From Methanotrichaceae archaeon (GTDB lineage Archaea > Halobacteriota > Methanosarcinia > Methanotrichales > Methanotrichaceae), in NCBI GenBank assembly GCA_963803145.1, contig CAWDLW010000017.1, positions 128,001-192,000 on the forward strand: DNA of 64,000 nucleotides, written 5' to 3'. The translations under genes and the position numbers were made by a program. A model generated the notes under the pieces. It searched no databases. It saw only the letters and a list, made by a program, of their open reading frames with translations, and had not been told where the DNA came from. Shown one piece after another: positions 20,554 through 29,279 of this stretch. Position 1 is the first letter of the stretch, and each line of letters begins with the position of its first letter.

Positions 20554-21671
20554 ACTTACAGCGAGTTGCAGAAAAGCTTGGCATAACTCCGGAAAGGTTT
20601 GAAGACCTTCAGCAAACGATTGTAATGAGATCGAGTTGGCCTGAGCCTCGATTACTGAGGTTTGAGAAGGCGGCCTCGGGGATCGAGACAGGCACAGCTA
20701 TTTTTGATAACGGCGAAATTGTTTTCGGCTATCCTAAAATCAGAAGGGCGATGATGCTCGAAGCAGCAATCAAAAAGCATTTTCCCGAACGAGTGGCCGT
20801 AGAGGAGAAGATGAATGGCTACAATATCCGAGTTGCGAGCATTGATGGAGAGGTTGTAGCTCTGACGCGCGGTGGATTCATCTGTCCCTACTCAACTGAG
20901 GTTGCACACAGGCTGATACCTGCACAGATCTTCGAGGATCATCCAGAAATCGTCCTTTGCGGCGAGATGATTGGTCCGGAGAATCCATATGTTCCCAAGG
21001 ATATCTATCCGACGGATACCATAGATTTCTACCTATTTGACCTTTCAACGAAGAACTCAAAAGGGACTTTGGGAGTTTATAAAACACATGAGTTCGCAGA
21101 GGAATATAATATTAGTTCGGCCCCATTTTTTGGCGAATTCAAGGCAAGTAGAGCATATGAGCCAATAAAAAGAATCGTTAAACAGCTTGGGCGAAAGGGG
21201 CACGAGGGCGTTGTAATGAAGGATCCCGACAATAAAATTGCTCCTCTGAAGTATACATGTTCAGAGAGTAATTGCAGTGATCTTGCTACAGCCTTTAGGT
21301 ATTACAATGATTATGCGCTTGACTTCTTCGTATCAAGAGCGGTTAGAGAGGGTTTTCAGACAGTTGAGTGGAATGAATCTGTTGAGGAGCGGAAGGCCAG
21401 GGCTCAACGCATTGGAGAGAGCATACTTCTGCCGCTCGCAGATACAGTTAGGAAGAAGTTGAATGGTGAGCAGATAGTGCAACAGGTCCAAATAAGGGTA
21501 AAAAACCTCCAGACGGCACGTGATTTTGAGTATCACCTGCGCAGAAGCGGGACGCATGCTATATTTGAGCCCCCAGAGCCTGATGAAGATGGCTATATTG
21601 TGAGAATATCTAAGCTGACCATGAGCACAAACGATAAGACCCAGGCGCTCATAAACGGTGAGGCGTGGTGA
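20550..21671 (+). CDS. ATP-dependent RNA ligase (Pab1020/Rnl3 type)
   Basis: EEKMNGYNIR (motif I), TRGGFICPYST, GEMIGPENPY and EGVVMK motifs. Confidence 0.92.
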   Translation: MNLQRVAEKLGITPERFEDLQQTIVMRSSWPEPRLLRFEKAASGIETGTAIFDNGEIVFGYPKIRRAMMLEAAIKKHFPERVAVEEKMNGYNIRVASIDGEVVALTRGGFICPYSTEVAHRLIPAQIFEDHPEIVLCGEMIGPENPYVPKDIYPTDTIDFYLFDLSTKNSKGTLGVYKTHEFAEEYNISSAPFFGEFKASRAYEPIKRIVKQLGRKGHEGVVMKDPDNKIAPLKYTCSESNCSDLATAFRYYNDYALDFFVSRAVREGFQTVEWNESVEERKARAQRIGESILLPLADTVRKKLNGEQIVQQVQIRVKNLQTARDFEYHLRRSGTHAIFEPPEPDEDGYIVRISKLTMSTNDKTQALINGEAW

Positions 21672-21687
21672 AAAGCGGGATAGAGAT

Positions 21688-22941
21688 ATGAGCGAGATAG
21701 CAGATGTTGAGATGGACGGCCATCTAATAGATTCGTTAATTCTGACCAGAGTTCTTGATAAAATCATGGATATGGGTGGCGAATTCGAGATCAAAAGATT
21801 CAATATCGGCCAGCGAAAGGACGATACAAGCTATGTCCATATAACAGTTACAGGTGACGATGCTTCCCATTTGGATAGAATTCTCCTTGAGCTTCATTCT
21901 CTTGGAGCTAGGCTTGTCGAGATGGAAGATGTGAAGACGGGCATCGCCCCTAACGATATTGTAGTTCCAAGAGGTTTCTACTCGACAACTAACCATCCCA
22001 CTTACGTGCGCTACAATGGTGCGTGGGTAGAGGTAGAAAACATCCATATGGACTCTCTCATAGTCCTGAAGGATGGCCGTGCAATATGCACTCCTATTGG
22101 TCATATCAAGAAAGGAGATAGGGTTGTGATAGGCACCTCGGGTGTGAAGATCATTCCGCCTGAGAGGCCCAGGGAGAAAACCTTCTTTGGGTTCATGTCG
22201 AATGAGGTTTCTTCAGAACGGCCGAGCGGTGAACTCGTAAGGCAACTCGCATCTGAGATTATCAAGACAAAGATGGCCGGAGGCAAGATAGCTGTGGTTA
22301 GCGGGCCTGCGGTTGTTCATACTGGAGCTGCACCATCGCTTGCGGAGCTCATTAGGAATGGATATGTAGATGTTCTTCTCGCAGGAAATGCGGTTGCTGT
22401 GCATGATATTGAGCGCCAGCTGTTCGGGACGAGCCTAGGAATGGATTGTTCAGGAAATGCGAGATCTGGCGGACATCGCAATCATCTGTATGCCATAAGC
22501 GAGATAATGGCCAGCGGGTCTATCAAGAATGCCATAGATGAGGGCAAGCTTAAGGGTGGAATAATTTATGAGTGTATAAAAAAAGGGATTACATTCATAC
22601 TTGCAGGTTCCATTCGCGATGACGGTCCACTTCCTGAAGTTATCACAGATACAGTTAAGGCCAAAGATGCGATGGAGAAGGCGCTTGCCGGTGTAGATAT
22701 GGTGATCATGATGGGGACAATGCTGCACTCCATTGCTGTAGGAAACCTTCTGCCATCATATGTCAAAACGATATGCGTCGATATCAACCCTGCTACAGTA
22801 ACAAAACTGATGGATCGCGGATCTGCACAGGCAATCGGCCTTGTGACTGATATAGGCATATTTCTGCCTCAGCTTGCACAGGAAGTCGATAAGCTTACAT
22901 CAGGAGCTGAGCTTATAAGCTGTGTCGATCGCAATGCTTAA
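21688..22941 (+). CDS. TIGR00300 family protein (LOR/SDH-like, ornithine cyclodeaminase-related)
   Basis: GHLIDS, FYSTTNHPT, AGSIRDDGPLP, MLHSIAVGN and KLMDRGS motifs. Confidence 0.88.
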   Translation: MSEIADVEMDGHLIDSLILTRVLDKIMDMGGEFEIKRFNIGQRKDDTSYVHITVTGDDASHLDRILLELHSLGARLVEMEDVKTGIAPNDIVVPRGFYSTTNHPTYVRYNGAWVEVENIHMDSLIVLKDGRAICTPIGHIKKGDRVVIGTSGVKIIPPERPREKTFFGFMSNEVSSERPSGELVRQLASEIIKTKMAGGKIAVVSGPAVVHTGAAPSLAELIRNGYVDVLLAGNAVAVHDIERQLFGTSLGMDCSGNARSGGHRNHLYAISEIMASGSIKNAIDEGKLKGGIIYECIKKGITFILAGSIRDDGPLPEVITDTVKAKDAMEKALAGVDMVIMMGTMLHSIAVGNLLPSYVKTICVDINPATVTKLMDRGSAQAIGLVTDIGIFLPQLAQEVDKLTSGAELISCVDRNA

Positions 22942-22968
22942 ATCAAGGGCAAAAAGAGCAATAATTAG

Positions 22969-23056
22969 GCCGCCGTGGCTTAGCCCGGTTAAAGCGGCTG
23001 ATTCGTAAGATATCCGAAAGATCAGCAGTCCATGGGTTCGAATCCCATCGGCGGCT
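22969..23056 (+). tRNA. tRNA-Thr(CGT) with 13-nt intron (23008-23020)
   Basis: Acceptor GCCGCCG/CGGCGGC with U73; anticodon stem GCTGA/TCAGC with CGT at 23004-23006; T-arm ATGGG-TTCGAAT-CCCAT; BHB helix TTCG/CGAA; CCA not encoded. Confidence 0.93.
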
Positions 23057-23278
23057 TTAAACTTTCTGCGATAAAACCATGGAAATTATACAGCCTTATT
23101 ATATGTGCAATCAACCATTTAAGTCAATTTTCGCATACTACTAATACTATCATTATTTATCCTGCAACAAATATTCGACGCGTAGATAACAAAATTATGA
23201 AAATATATTAGAAACCAAAAGTTGCCAGGACGAAATATTGAGATGTCTGGGGGCATTTATAAAGTTTAAATACCCAGG

Positions 23279-23303
23279 CTTTATATACCCCCAGTATATA
23301 AAG
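23279..23303. promoter_or_regulatory. Head-to-head TATA boxes upstream of tbp
   Basis: CTTTATATAC-CCCCA-GTATATAAAG, a perfect 10-bp inverted repeat 22 nt before the ATG. Confidence 0.55.
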
Positions 23304-23325
23304 AATAGATTGGAGATATTTGCGT

Positions 23326-23877
23326 ATGGAGTCCACAATAAATATAGAGAACGTTGTCGCATCTACGAAGTTGGCGGACTCGTTCGATCTGCACAAGATT
23401 GAGGCCGAGCTCGAGGGTGCAGAGTACAACAAGGAGAAGTTCCCAGGCCTCGTTTACAGGGTTAAGTCTCCCAGGGCTGCTTTTCTAATATTCACCTCAG
23501 GAAAGGTTGTATGCACAGGTGCAAAGAATGTCGAGGATGTTAGAACGGTTATAACAAATATGGCTAGCACACTCAAATCCATCGGCTTTGAGAACATTAA
23601 TTTAGAGCCTGAGATTCATGTCCAAAACATAGTGGCAAGTGCAGATTTGAAGACCGATCTAAATCTGAATGCAATAGCTTTAGGACTTGGCCTAGAGAAC
23701 ATCGAATATGAGCCTGAGCAGTTCCCCGGCTTAGTTTACAGGATTAAGCAGCCCAAAGTGGTTGTATTGATATTCAGCTCAGGCAAGTTGGTCGTCACCG
23801 GCGGAAAATCGCCTGAGGAATGTGAAGAGGGAGTCAGGATCGTCAGGCAGCAGCTTGAAAATATGGGGCTGCTTTGA
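23326..23877 (+). CDS. tbp: TATA-box binding protein
   Basis: Two direct repeats N(V/I)VAS...Y..E.FPGLVYR...LIF.SGK.V.TG. Confidence 0.98.
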   Translation: MESTINIENVVASTKLADSFDLHKIEAELEGAEYNKEKFPGLVYRVKSPRAAFLIFTSGKVVCTGAKNVEDVRTVITNMASTLKSIGFENINLEPEIHVQNIVASADLKTDLNLNAIALGLGLENIEYEPEQFPGLVYRIKQPKVVVLIFSSGKLVVTGGKSPEECEEGVRIVRQQLENMGLL

Positions 23878-24123
23878 CTTTCTGACTTTATCTCTCTTTT
23901 ATTTTTCCAAAATCTCACGGCATACACGTATGCCCTTAGCCGAAAGCTGATATGTCATCTTTTATATATGTTTAACTGTTTGTGGTCAAGCCGAAGACCT
24001 GGCAGGAATATTTCACTTCAGAGGAACTTGAGGAAATGCGCCGCCCTGAGTTTATGGATTAGGTTGAGGCCATTGTGAAGAACGGGCGCTAATTAGCTCT
24101 ACACTATTACTACTACTACTCCC

Positions 24124-25485
24124 TCAAGCGCAAGTATACTCTCCCGCCAGCCGATCTGCGATCTCCTCAAGAGGCAGGCTCACCTGCATGCCCGTCTCCA
24201 TATTTCTGAGGATGAGTTTTCCTGATTTCAGCTCATTCTCTCCTACGATTATCACATGTTTTGCCCCGTACCCGCCTGCTGCCTTAAGCTGTGCGCCGAG
24301 GCTTCTGCCCATGACATCCAGCACAACCGGCATCTGATCGCGAAGCCTTTTTGCGAGTCTGACGGCTTCCAACTTGACATCCGGCGTATACGCAAGGACT
24401 ACAGGAGAACGTCTGAGCTCATCGATCTGCACTATCTCCATTATTCTATCGAATCCGAGCCCAAAGCCAGTGGATGATGTCTCAGCTCCTCCGAAGAGAC
24501 CTGCCAGCTCATATGTTCCGCCGCCGCAGATCTGGCTCTGTGCGCCCAGGCCCTCGGCATAGATCTCGAAAACTGTTCCTGAGTAATATTCAAGGCCGCG
24601 AACAATCTCGAAGTCTATGACAGCATCGACGCCATACGAATCCAGAAGCTCAATTGTCCTCTGAAAGTCTTCAAGTCCACTCTCAGCCTTCACGTTCCTT
24701 CCAGTTCGGGCCGATGTCCTGCCCTTGCCCTCAGCAGAAGCCTGTGCGGAAGGTTGTATCGGTTTGTCACTGGAACTAGAAGCAGATTTATCCTCAATAT
24801 CCGTAATAGCCTGAGAGATTTCTACTGCCTTTTCTAGGGCATCCCTTCCCTTGAGGTCAATTAGATCCAGTAGACCGATATCCTCTGCTCCAATCTTTTG
24901 CAGATATGCTTCGAGGTTCTCGCGTTCTTTCTTATCGATCATCCTCATAATCTCGGGTCGGCGCTCTGGCTCTATCTTTCCGAGTATCGATCTTATCAGC
25001 CCAAGATAGCCAACGTGGATGTCCCCACGAATATTTACACTCTTCAGCATTTGATCTGCGAGCGCAATCACCTCTGCCTCAGAATCGGACTTGTTTCCGC
25101 CTATGAGTTCGGCTCCGAACTGCCAAAACTCCCTGAAACGTCCGCGTTGAGGTCGCTCATAACGAAAACAGCTTCCGTAGTAATAGAGCCTCAGAGGCTT
25201 TGCGACATTCTGAAGCTCATTCACATACATGCGCATAACAGGTGCCGTAAGCTCTGGCCTGAGAGCCAGGTCGCGGCCGCTCTTATCCTTAAAGCTGTAG
25301 ATCTCATCGAGCACAGATTCGCCTGATTTTATTGTAAAAAGCTCGAGATGCTCGAACGTAGGCGTGGCTATCTCCTGGTATCCCCAGCTCTCAAGCACCT
25401 TCTGCATCGCCTTCCTGACTGTGCTTCTTCGCCAGGCATCATCAGGAAGAAAATCCCTGGTACCCCTAGGTCTCTGGATGGTCAT
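24124..25485 (-). CDS. hisS: Histidine--tRNA ligase
   Basis: PRGTRD, LRPELTAP, FRYERPQRGRFREFWQ and RGLEYY motifs; anticodon-binding C-domain. Confidence 0.96.
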   Translation of the reverse strand: MTIQRPRGTRDFLPDDAWRRSTVRKAMQKVLESWGYQEIATPTFEHLELFTIKSGESVLDEIYSFKDKSGRDLALRPELTAPVMRMYVNELQNVAKPLRLYYYGSCFRYERPQRGRFREFWQFGAELIGGNKSDSEAEVIALADQMLKSVNIRGDIHVGYLGLIRSILGKIEPERRPEIMRMIDKKERENLEAYLQKIGAEDIGLLDLIDLKGRDALEKAVEISQAITDIEDKSASSSSDKPIQPSAQASAEGKGRTSARTGRNVKAESGLEDFQRTIELLDSYGVDAVIDFEIVRGLEYYSGTVFEIYAEGLGAQSQICGGGTYELAGLFGGAETSSTGFGLGFDRIMEIVQIDELRRSPVVLAYTPDVKLEAVRLAKRLRDQMPVVLDVMGRSLGAQLKAAGGYGAKHVIIVGENELKSGKLILRNMETGMQVSLPLEEIADRLAGEYTCA

Positions 25486-25542
25486 ATCACCTTAAGATTA
25501 TCTCAAAATGCCCTTATAGTTTATGCATGTAACTGTGGAGAA

Positions 25543-25782
25543 ATGAGACGCGACTTAGGCGTGCTTCTAATTGCTACAGGATTTCTGCTTGTAATCATAT
25601 CCCTTGTCCAAAATATAATGCAGAGCAGTTCGGGACAGGGCAATACAGGATTTGGCGGCGTCATACTGATAGGTCCGATTCCAATAGTCTTCGGCTCAAG
25701 CCCAGCCATGGCCATAGCTTCAATGCTTCTAGCCATAGCTTTGATGATAATCTCCTTCTTCCTGTTTAGGAGGAGTGCATGA
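25543..25782 (+). CDS. DUF131 (TIGR00304) membrane protein
   Basis: GGVILIGPIPIVFGS motif. Confidence 0.88.
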   Translation: MRRDLGVLLIATGFLLVIISLVQNIMQSSSGQGNTGFGGVILIGPIPIVFGSSPAMAIASMLLAIALMIISFFLFRRSA

Positions 25783-25989
25783 CCATTATGGCCATCGGAC
25801 TTATGCTGATTACCATAGGGCTGATTGTACTTCTATGGCCAGATGGCAAGGAGAATCAAACAAATCAAGAACTCACAATTATGATTGTATGGGTTATTGC
25901 CTTCAAAATATGAGAGGACATAGCGAAAAATACTAAGAACTGAAGAAAACAGAAACGCTGGCCAGCAGAACTCTTATGCCAGCCATATC

Positions 25990-26700
25990 TTATTTAAGCT
26001 TCTCGTCGACCTCTGATGGATATATGATCATTTGCACAGGCTTTATGATTATGTTGGAGGTTGCAACTGCGCTTCCGCCTGCAACTGTATTTATTGCGCT
26101 CACTGTTACTCCGCTGACATCTATGTTCATATAGTTTTCAGCGCGTTTATTCCCTGGAACTCCATCAGCGCTTGCTCCATAGGCTTTATTCATGCCGGAA
26201 TCAACAGCATCATCTATATGTTTTTCAAGGCTGTCATTATTAAGATCATAGCTATGCAATTCCTTTTTGCCCTGTCCTCCGTAAACATGTGCATCCATTG
26301 AGTTGACCAAGCTCGGTGAGCTTTGATCCTTTCTTTGGTAATCGTCATAAGTTACATCTCTCTGCTTCACAGAGTTCATCGCCAACAGATCATCCAGCTG
26401 TGCATTTGAGTTGGTGCAGTTCACACAGATTGTTTCCTTCGTGGGCTTGGCGTGCGGCATGACATTCGAGGCATCGAAGGATGCAGGCTGTTGCGGAGCC
26501 CATGGGAAGTAGAATGCATCCCTGGAAAGCGCTAGATCTCCGGATGGAATGTCTTGCTTGTGGTTTAGGAAGTCTGAGTGGAACTCCTTGACCTTGAATA
26601 GGGGATCTGCGGTATTCCCTGCTGTAGATAATCCGATCAAAAGGCAAACAAAAATGGCTCCCACCAGCATTATGCTGATGGGTCCAAATATCTTCTTCAT
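25990..26700 (-). CDS. Secreted hypothetical protein B1 (paralog of 27553..28278)
   Basis: Signal peptide; shares KVKEFH, FPWA, KQRD..YD and C-terminal NYMNIDVSG.TVSAINTV.GGSAVATSNIII.PVQ with its paralog. Confidence 0.8.
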   Translation of the reverse strand: MKKIFGPISIMLVGAIFVCLLIGLSTAGNTADPLFKVKEFHSDFLNHKQDIPSGDLALSRDAFYFPWAPQQPASFDASNVMPHAKPTKETICVNCTNSNAQLDDLLAMNSVKQRDVTYDDYQRKDQSSPSLVNSMDAHVYGGQGKKELHSYDLNNDSLEKHIDDAVDSGMNKAYGASADGVPGNKRAENYMNIDVSGVTVSAINTVAGGSAVATSNIIIKPVQMIIYPSEVDEKLK

Positions 26701-26734
26701 ACAATACCGCCCAGGGCCGAAACGAACCCTGAAT

Positions 26735-27247
26735 TTACTGCTGATTGGTTACGATCTCTTGGTTGTTTTGAGCCAAAACTGATACTGTGTTTTGGTTGAA
26801 CGGACCGGCTTGGAAGCCTCCAACACCGATAGCCAGGGCACTCCTGTCTCCGACCTTGATCTGCTCTATATTGTACCTTGTACAGCAATCCTGGCAGGGG
26901 CAGTTTTCACTGATTGCCTGGCAGCACTGGCATTCGCCAGAGTCCTGGTTCTTCTTGATCTTCAGATTGTTCTGTGCGGTAACCTGTTTTGTGTTGTCGG
27001 CAAAAGCTCCAAACTGGGCACCGCCGACACCGATTGCTCGGGCATTATCGTTTCCAACATCGACTGTATCGAAGTTGGTATGTGAATTGCCTGGGACGTG
27101 GAATGCGCTGCCCTCGGTCTCAAATATTCCCGTTCCAAGGATATCTACACCGCCAGTTCCGGCGGAAGCCATGCTCTGTGCCATAGCAGGAGCCGCAAAG
27201 GCGGCCACAGCCATAGCCAGTACAAAGAATATTGCTACTCTTCTAAT
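26735..27247 (-). CDS. Secreted two-repeat protein A1 with Cys-rich linker (probable ATT start)
   Basis: Signal peptide; two internal repeats VG.....AIGVGG...AQNN..I..NQ; paralog of 28316..28774; first in-frame ATG is at 27214. Confidence 0.8.
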   Translation of the reverse strand: MRRVAIFFVLAMAVAAFAAPAMAQSMASAGTGGVDILGTGIFETEGSAFHVPGNSHTNFDTVDVGNDNARAIGVGGAQFGAFADNTKQVTAQNNLKIKKNQDSGECQCCQAISENCPCQDCCTRYNIEQIKVGDRSALAIGVGGFQAGPFNQNTVSVLAQNNQEIVTNQQ

Positions 27248-27552
27248 AGTCTCACCCCGTAAATCTCTTTGTTTATTCCAATAATAAATCTCTTTTATAT
27301 TTATACCTTTTGGTGATTTTTTAAGTGTTGAGGAAGATATTTGTAGATATTTTTCCTAGAAAATTTCTCACGAGATATGCTGCATAAATAATAGAACCAT
27401 TGTGCATGGATAGTGAAATCGGTGTAAGCGAATTGGGTATCATAACATATACATATAAGTTCAAACAGTCAAGATCGACGATGTAAAAGCAATGTTTGTA
27501 GCCAAAATAAGAAGAAGCTTCTGCAAATATAAGAAAATGTAATACTACTTCT

Positions 27553-28278
27553 TTATATCTTTTCGCTCGCTTGAGAAGAACCGTCTATGACCTGCACAGG
27601 GTTTATGATTATGTTGGAGGTCGCAACTGCGCTCCCGCCCTCAACGGTGTTTATTGCGCTTACTGTTATGCCGCTGACATCTATATTCATGTAGTTGCCG
27701 GGGCTACGTCTTGCGCCCATATTATTCTGGCTATCTGAATTTAGCGCATTATCCACGAGCGTCTCAGGATCAATATTTCCCAAGCTATCCAAGTCATTAT
27801 AATGTTGTTCTTCCTTGCTTGGTTTCCCCTGTACATGTACATCCATTAAATTGGATAAATTAGCAGACCCCGAATTACTTTTCTGGGATTCGTCATAAAG
27901 TATATCCCTTTGTTTTATTTCATTCATTGCCTTGAGGTCCTGCACATTCTCTTCCGACTGGGGACCACTCATGGTTACTTTCTCTTTCTGTGGATGTGCG
28001 GATGCTACTTTTGCATGCGATGTTAAACCTGAGACCTGTTGTGTTGCCCACGGGAAGACGACTGTATTGCCAGGAAGCTTTAGCTGGCCTATGTCAGAGT
28101 TATGTTTATCATAAATCTCGTTGTTCATGAAATTGGCATGAAACTCTTTTACCTTATCGAGTGATCCAGGATTGCTGGAGCTCGAAGGAGATGCCATCCC
28201 TATTGAGATGCAGAGATATATAAAAAGAAAGGCGGTACCCACCAGGACAATTCTGGTGGGTTTTAGGGTAGTATTCAT
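27553..28278 (-). CDS. Secreted hypothetical protein B2
   Basis: Signal peptide; paralog of B1. Confidence 0.8.
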   Translation of the reverse strand: MNTTLKPTRIVLVGTAFLFIYLCISIGMASPSSSSNPGSLDKVKEFHANFMNNEIYDKHNSDIGQLKLPGNTVVFPWATQQVSGLTSHAKVASAHPQKEKVTMSGPQSEENVQDLKAMNEIKQRDILYDESQKSNSGSANLSNLMDVHVQGKPSKEEQHYNDLDSLGNIDPETLVDNALNSDSQNNMGARRSPGNYMNIDVSGITVSAINTVEGGSAVATSNIIINPVQVIDGSSQASEKI

Positions 28279-28315
28279 TTTGCGTCACTCAGGGCTGAAG
28301 AACCTTGCATTATAT

Positions 28316-28774
28316 TTAGGCGACTGTTAATATTTCCCCGCCCATCTGATTGGTCACTATCTTTACATTATTGACGGCATTACCGGAACCGAATGCCAGA
28401 GCTTGCCTGTCTCCAACCCTAATCTGTTCTGCGTTGATCAAAGGAGTTGTGTTGGTCAGGAAGCCCGTTGTTGAAGAGAATACTGAGTTACCTGATTGCT
28501 GATTCTTCTTGATCTCCAAGTTGTTCTGTGCATTAGGTATGGCACCACAATGTCCCCATGCAGTTCCGAAGGCCAAGGCCCTATCGTTCCCTACTATTAC
28601 GCCATCAAGATTTGCGTTCTCGCCTGGAGGGATTTGCACTGCACTGCCATCTGCCTCAAATATCCCCTGTGCGAGGATATCTACACTGCCACTTCCGCTG
28701 ATTGCGTTCTGTGCCAGAGCTGGCACAGCGAACAATGCCACGGCCAACACCATTACTATTCCTATTTTCTGCAT
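28316..28774 (-). CDS. Secreted two-repeat protein A2
   Basis: GAGGTGA RBS, signal peptide ending ALA-Q, VDIL..GIFE..GSA and two repeats. Confidence 0.82.
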   Translation of the reverse strand: MQKIGIVMVLAVALFAVPALAQNAISGSGSVDILAQGIFEADGSAVQIPPGENANLDGVIVGNDRALAFGTAWGHCGAIPNAQNNLEIKKNQQSGNSVFSSTTGFLTNTTPLINAEQIRVGDRQALAFGSGNAVNNVKIVTNQMGGEILTVA

Positions 28775-29279
28775 AATTCTCACCTCATACATCCTATAAT
28801 ATAGACGTATGTTAACGCTAGATGTACTTATATTTTTTGGTAAGACATACCAATCTAAAAATTACGTTTATTGACATTTCACTGAAGGAATCTCTATTAG
28901 TAGATAATAATGATAGCAATTGATATTGGTAAAATCACATTCGGTTAGCCGTATAATTTCAAAAACACTCCTGACTAACATAGAATATATCCTGTATAAT
29001 AATATTCGTATTAACAAGTCATCGGCCTGAGTCTAATAGTAAAATATGCGCGAATGTCCGGCGAGATAACTATATCATCATAATTATTATGATGATACAC
29101 AGTATAGTATAAATTATACAGTTTATCGAAGCATTAGAAAGGAGTCACAATCAGCAGCTGGCAATCTTTGGAAAATTCAGCCTTCAATGCCATGAAGATT
29201 ACTAAACTAGACTTTTCAGACCATCTGCCCAGCTGGCTTGCTCTATCAGGCAGTTAGTTCAAGGAAGCACAATAGTTTT

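Noticed and set aside
24102-24120. (TAC)n microsatellite after the hisS stop
   Set aside because: Only about five units and intergenic; no evident function.
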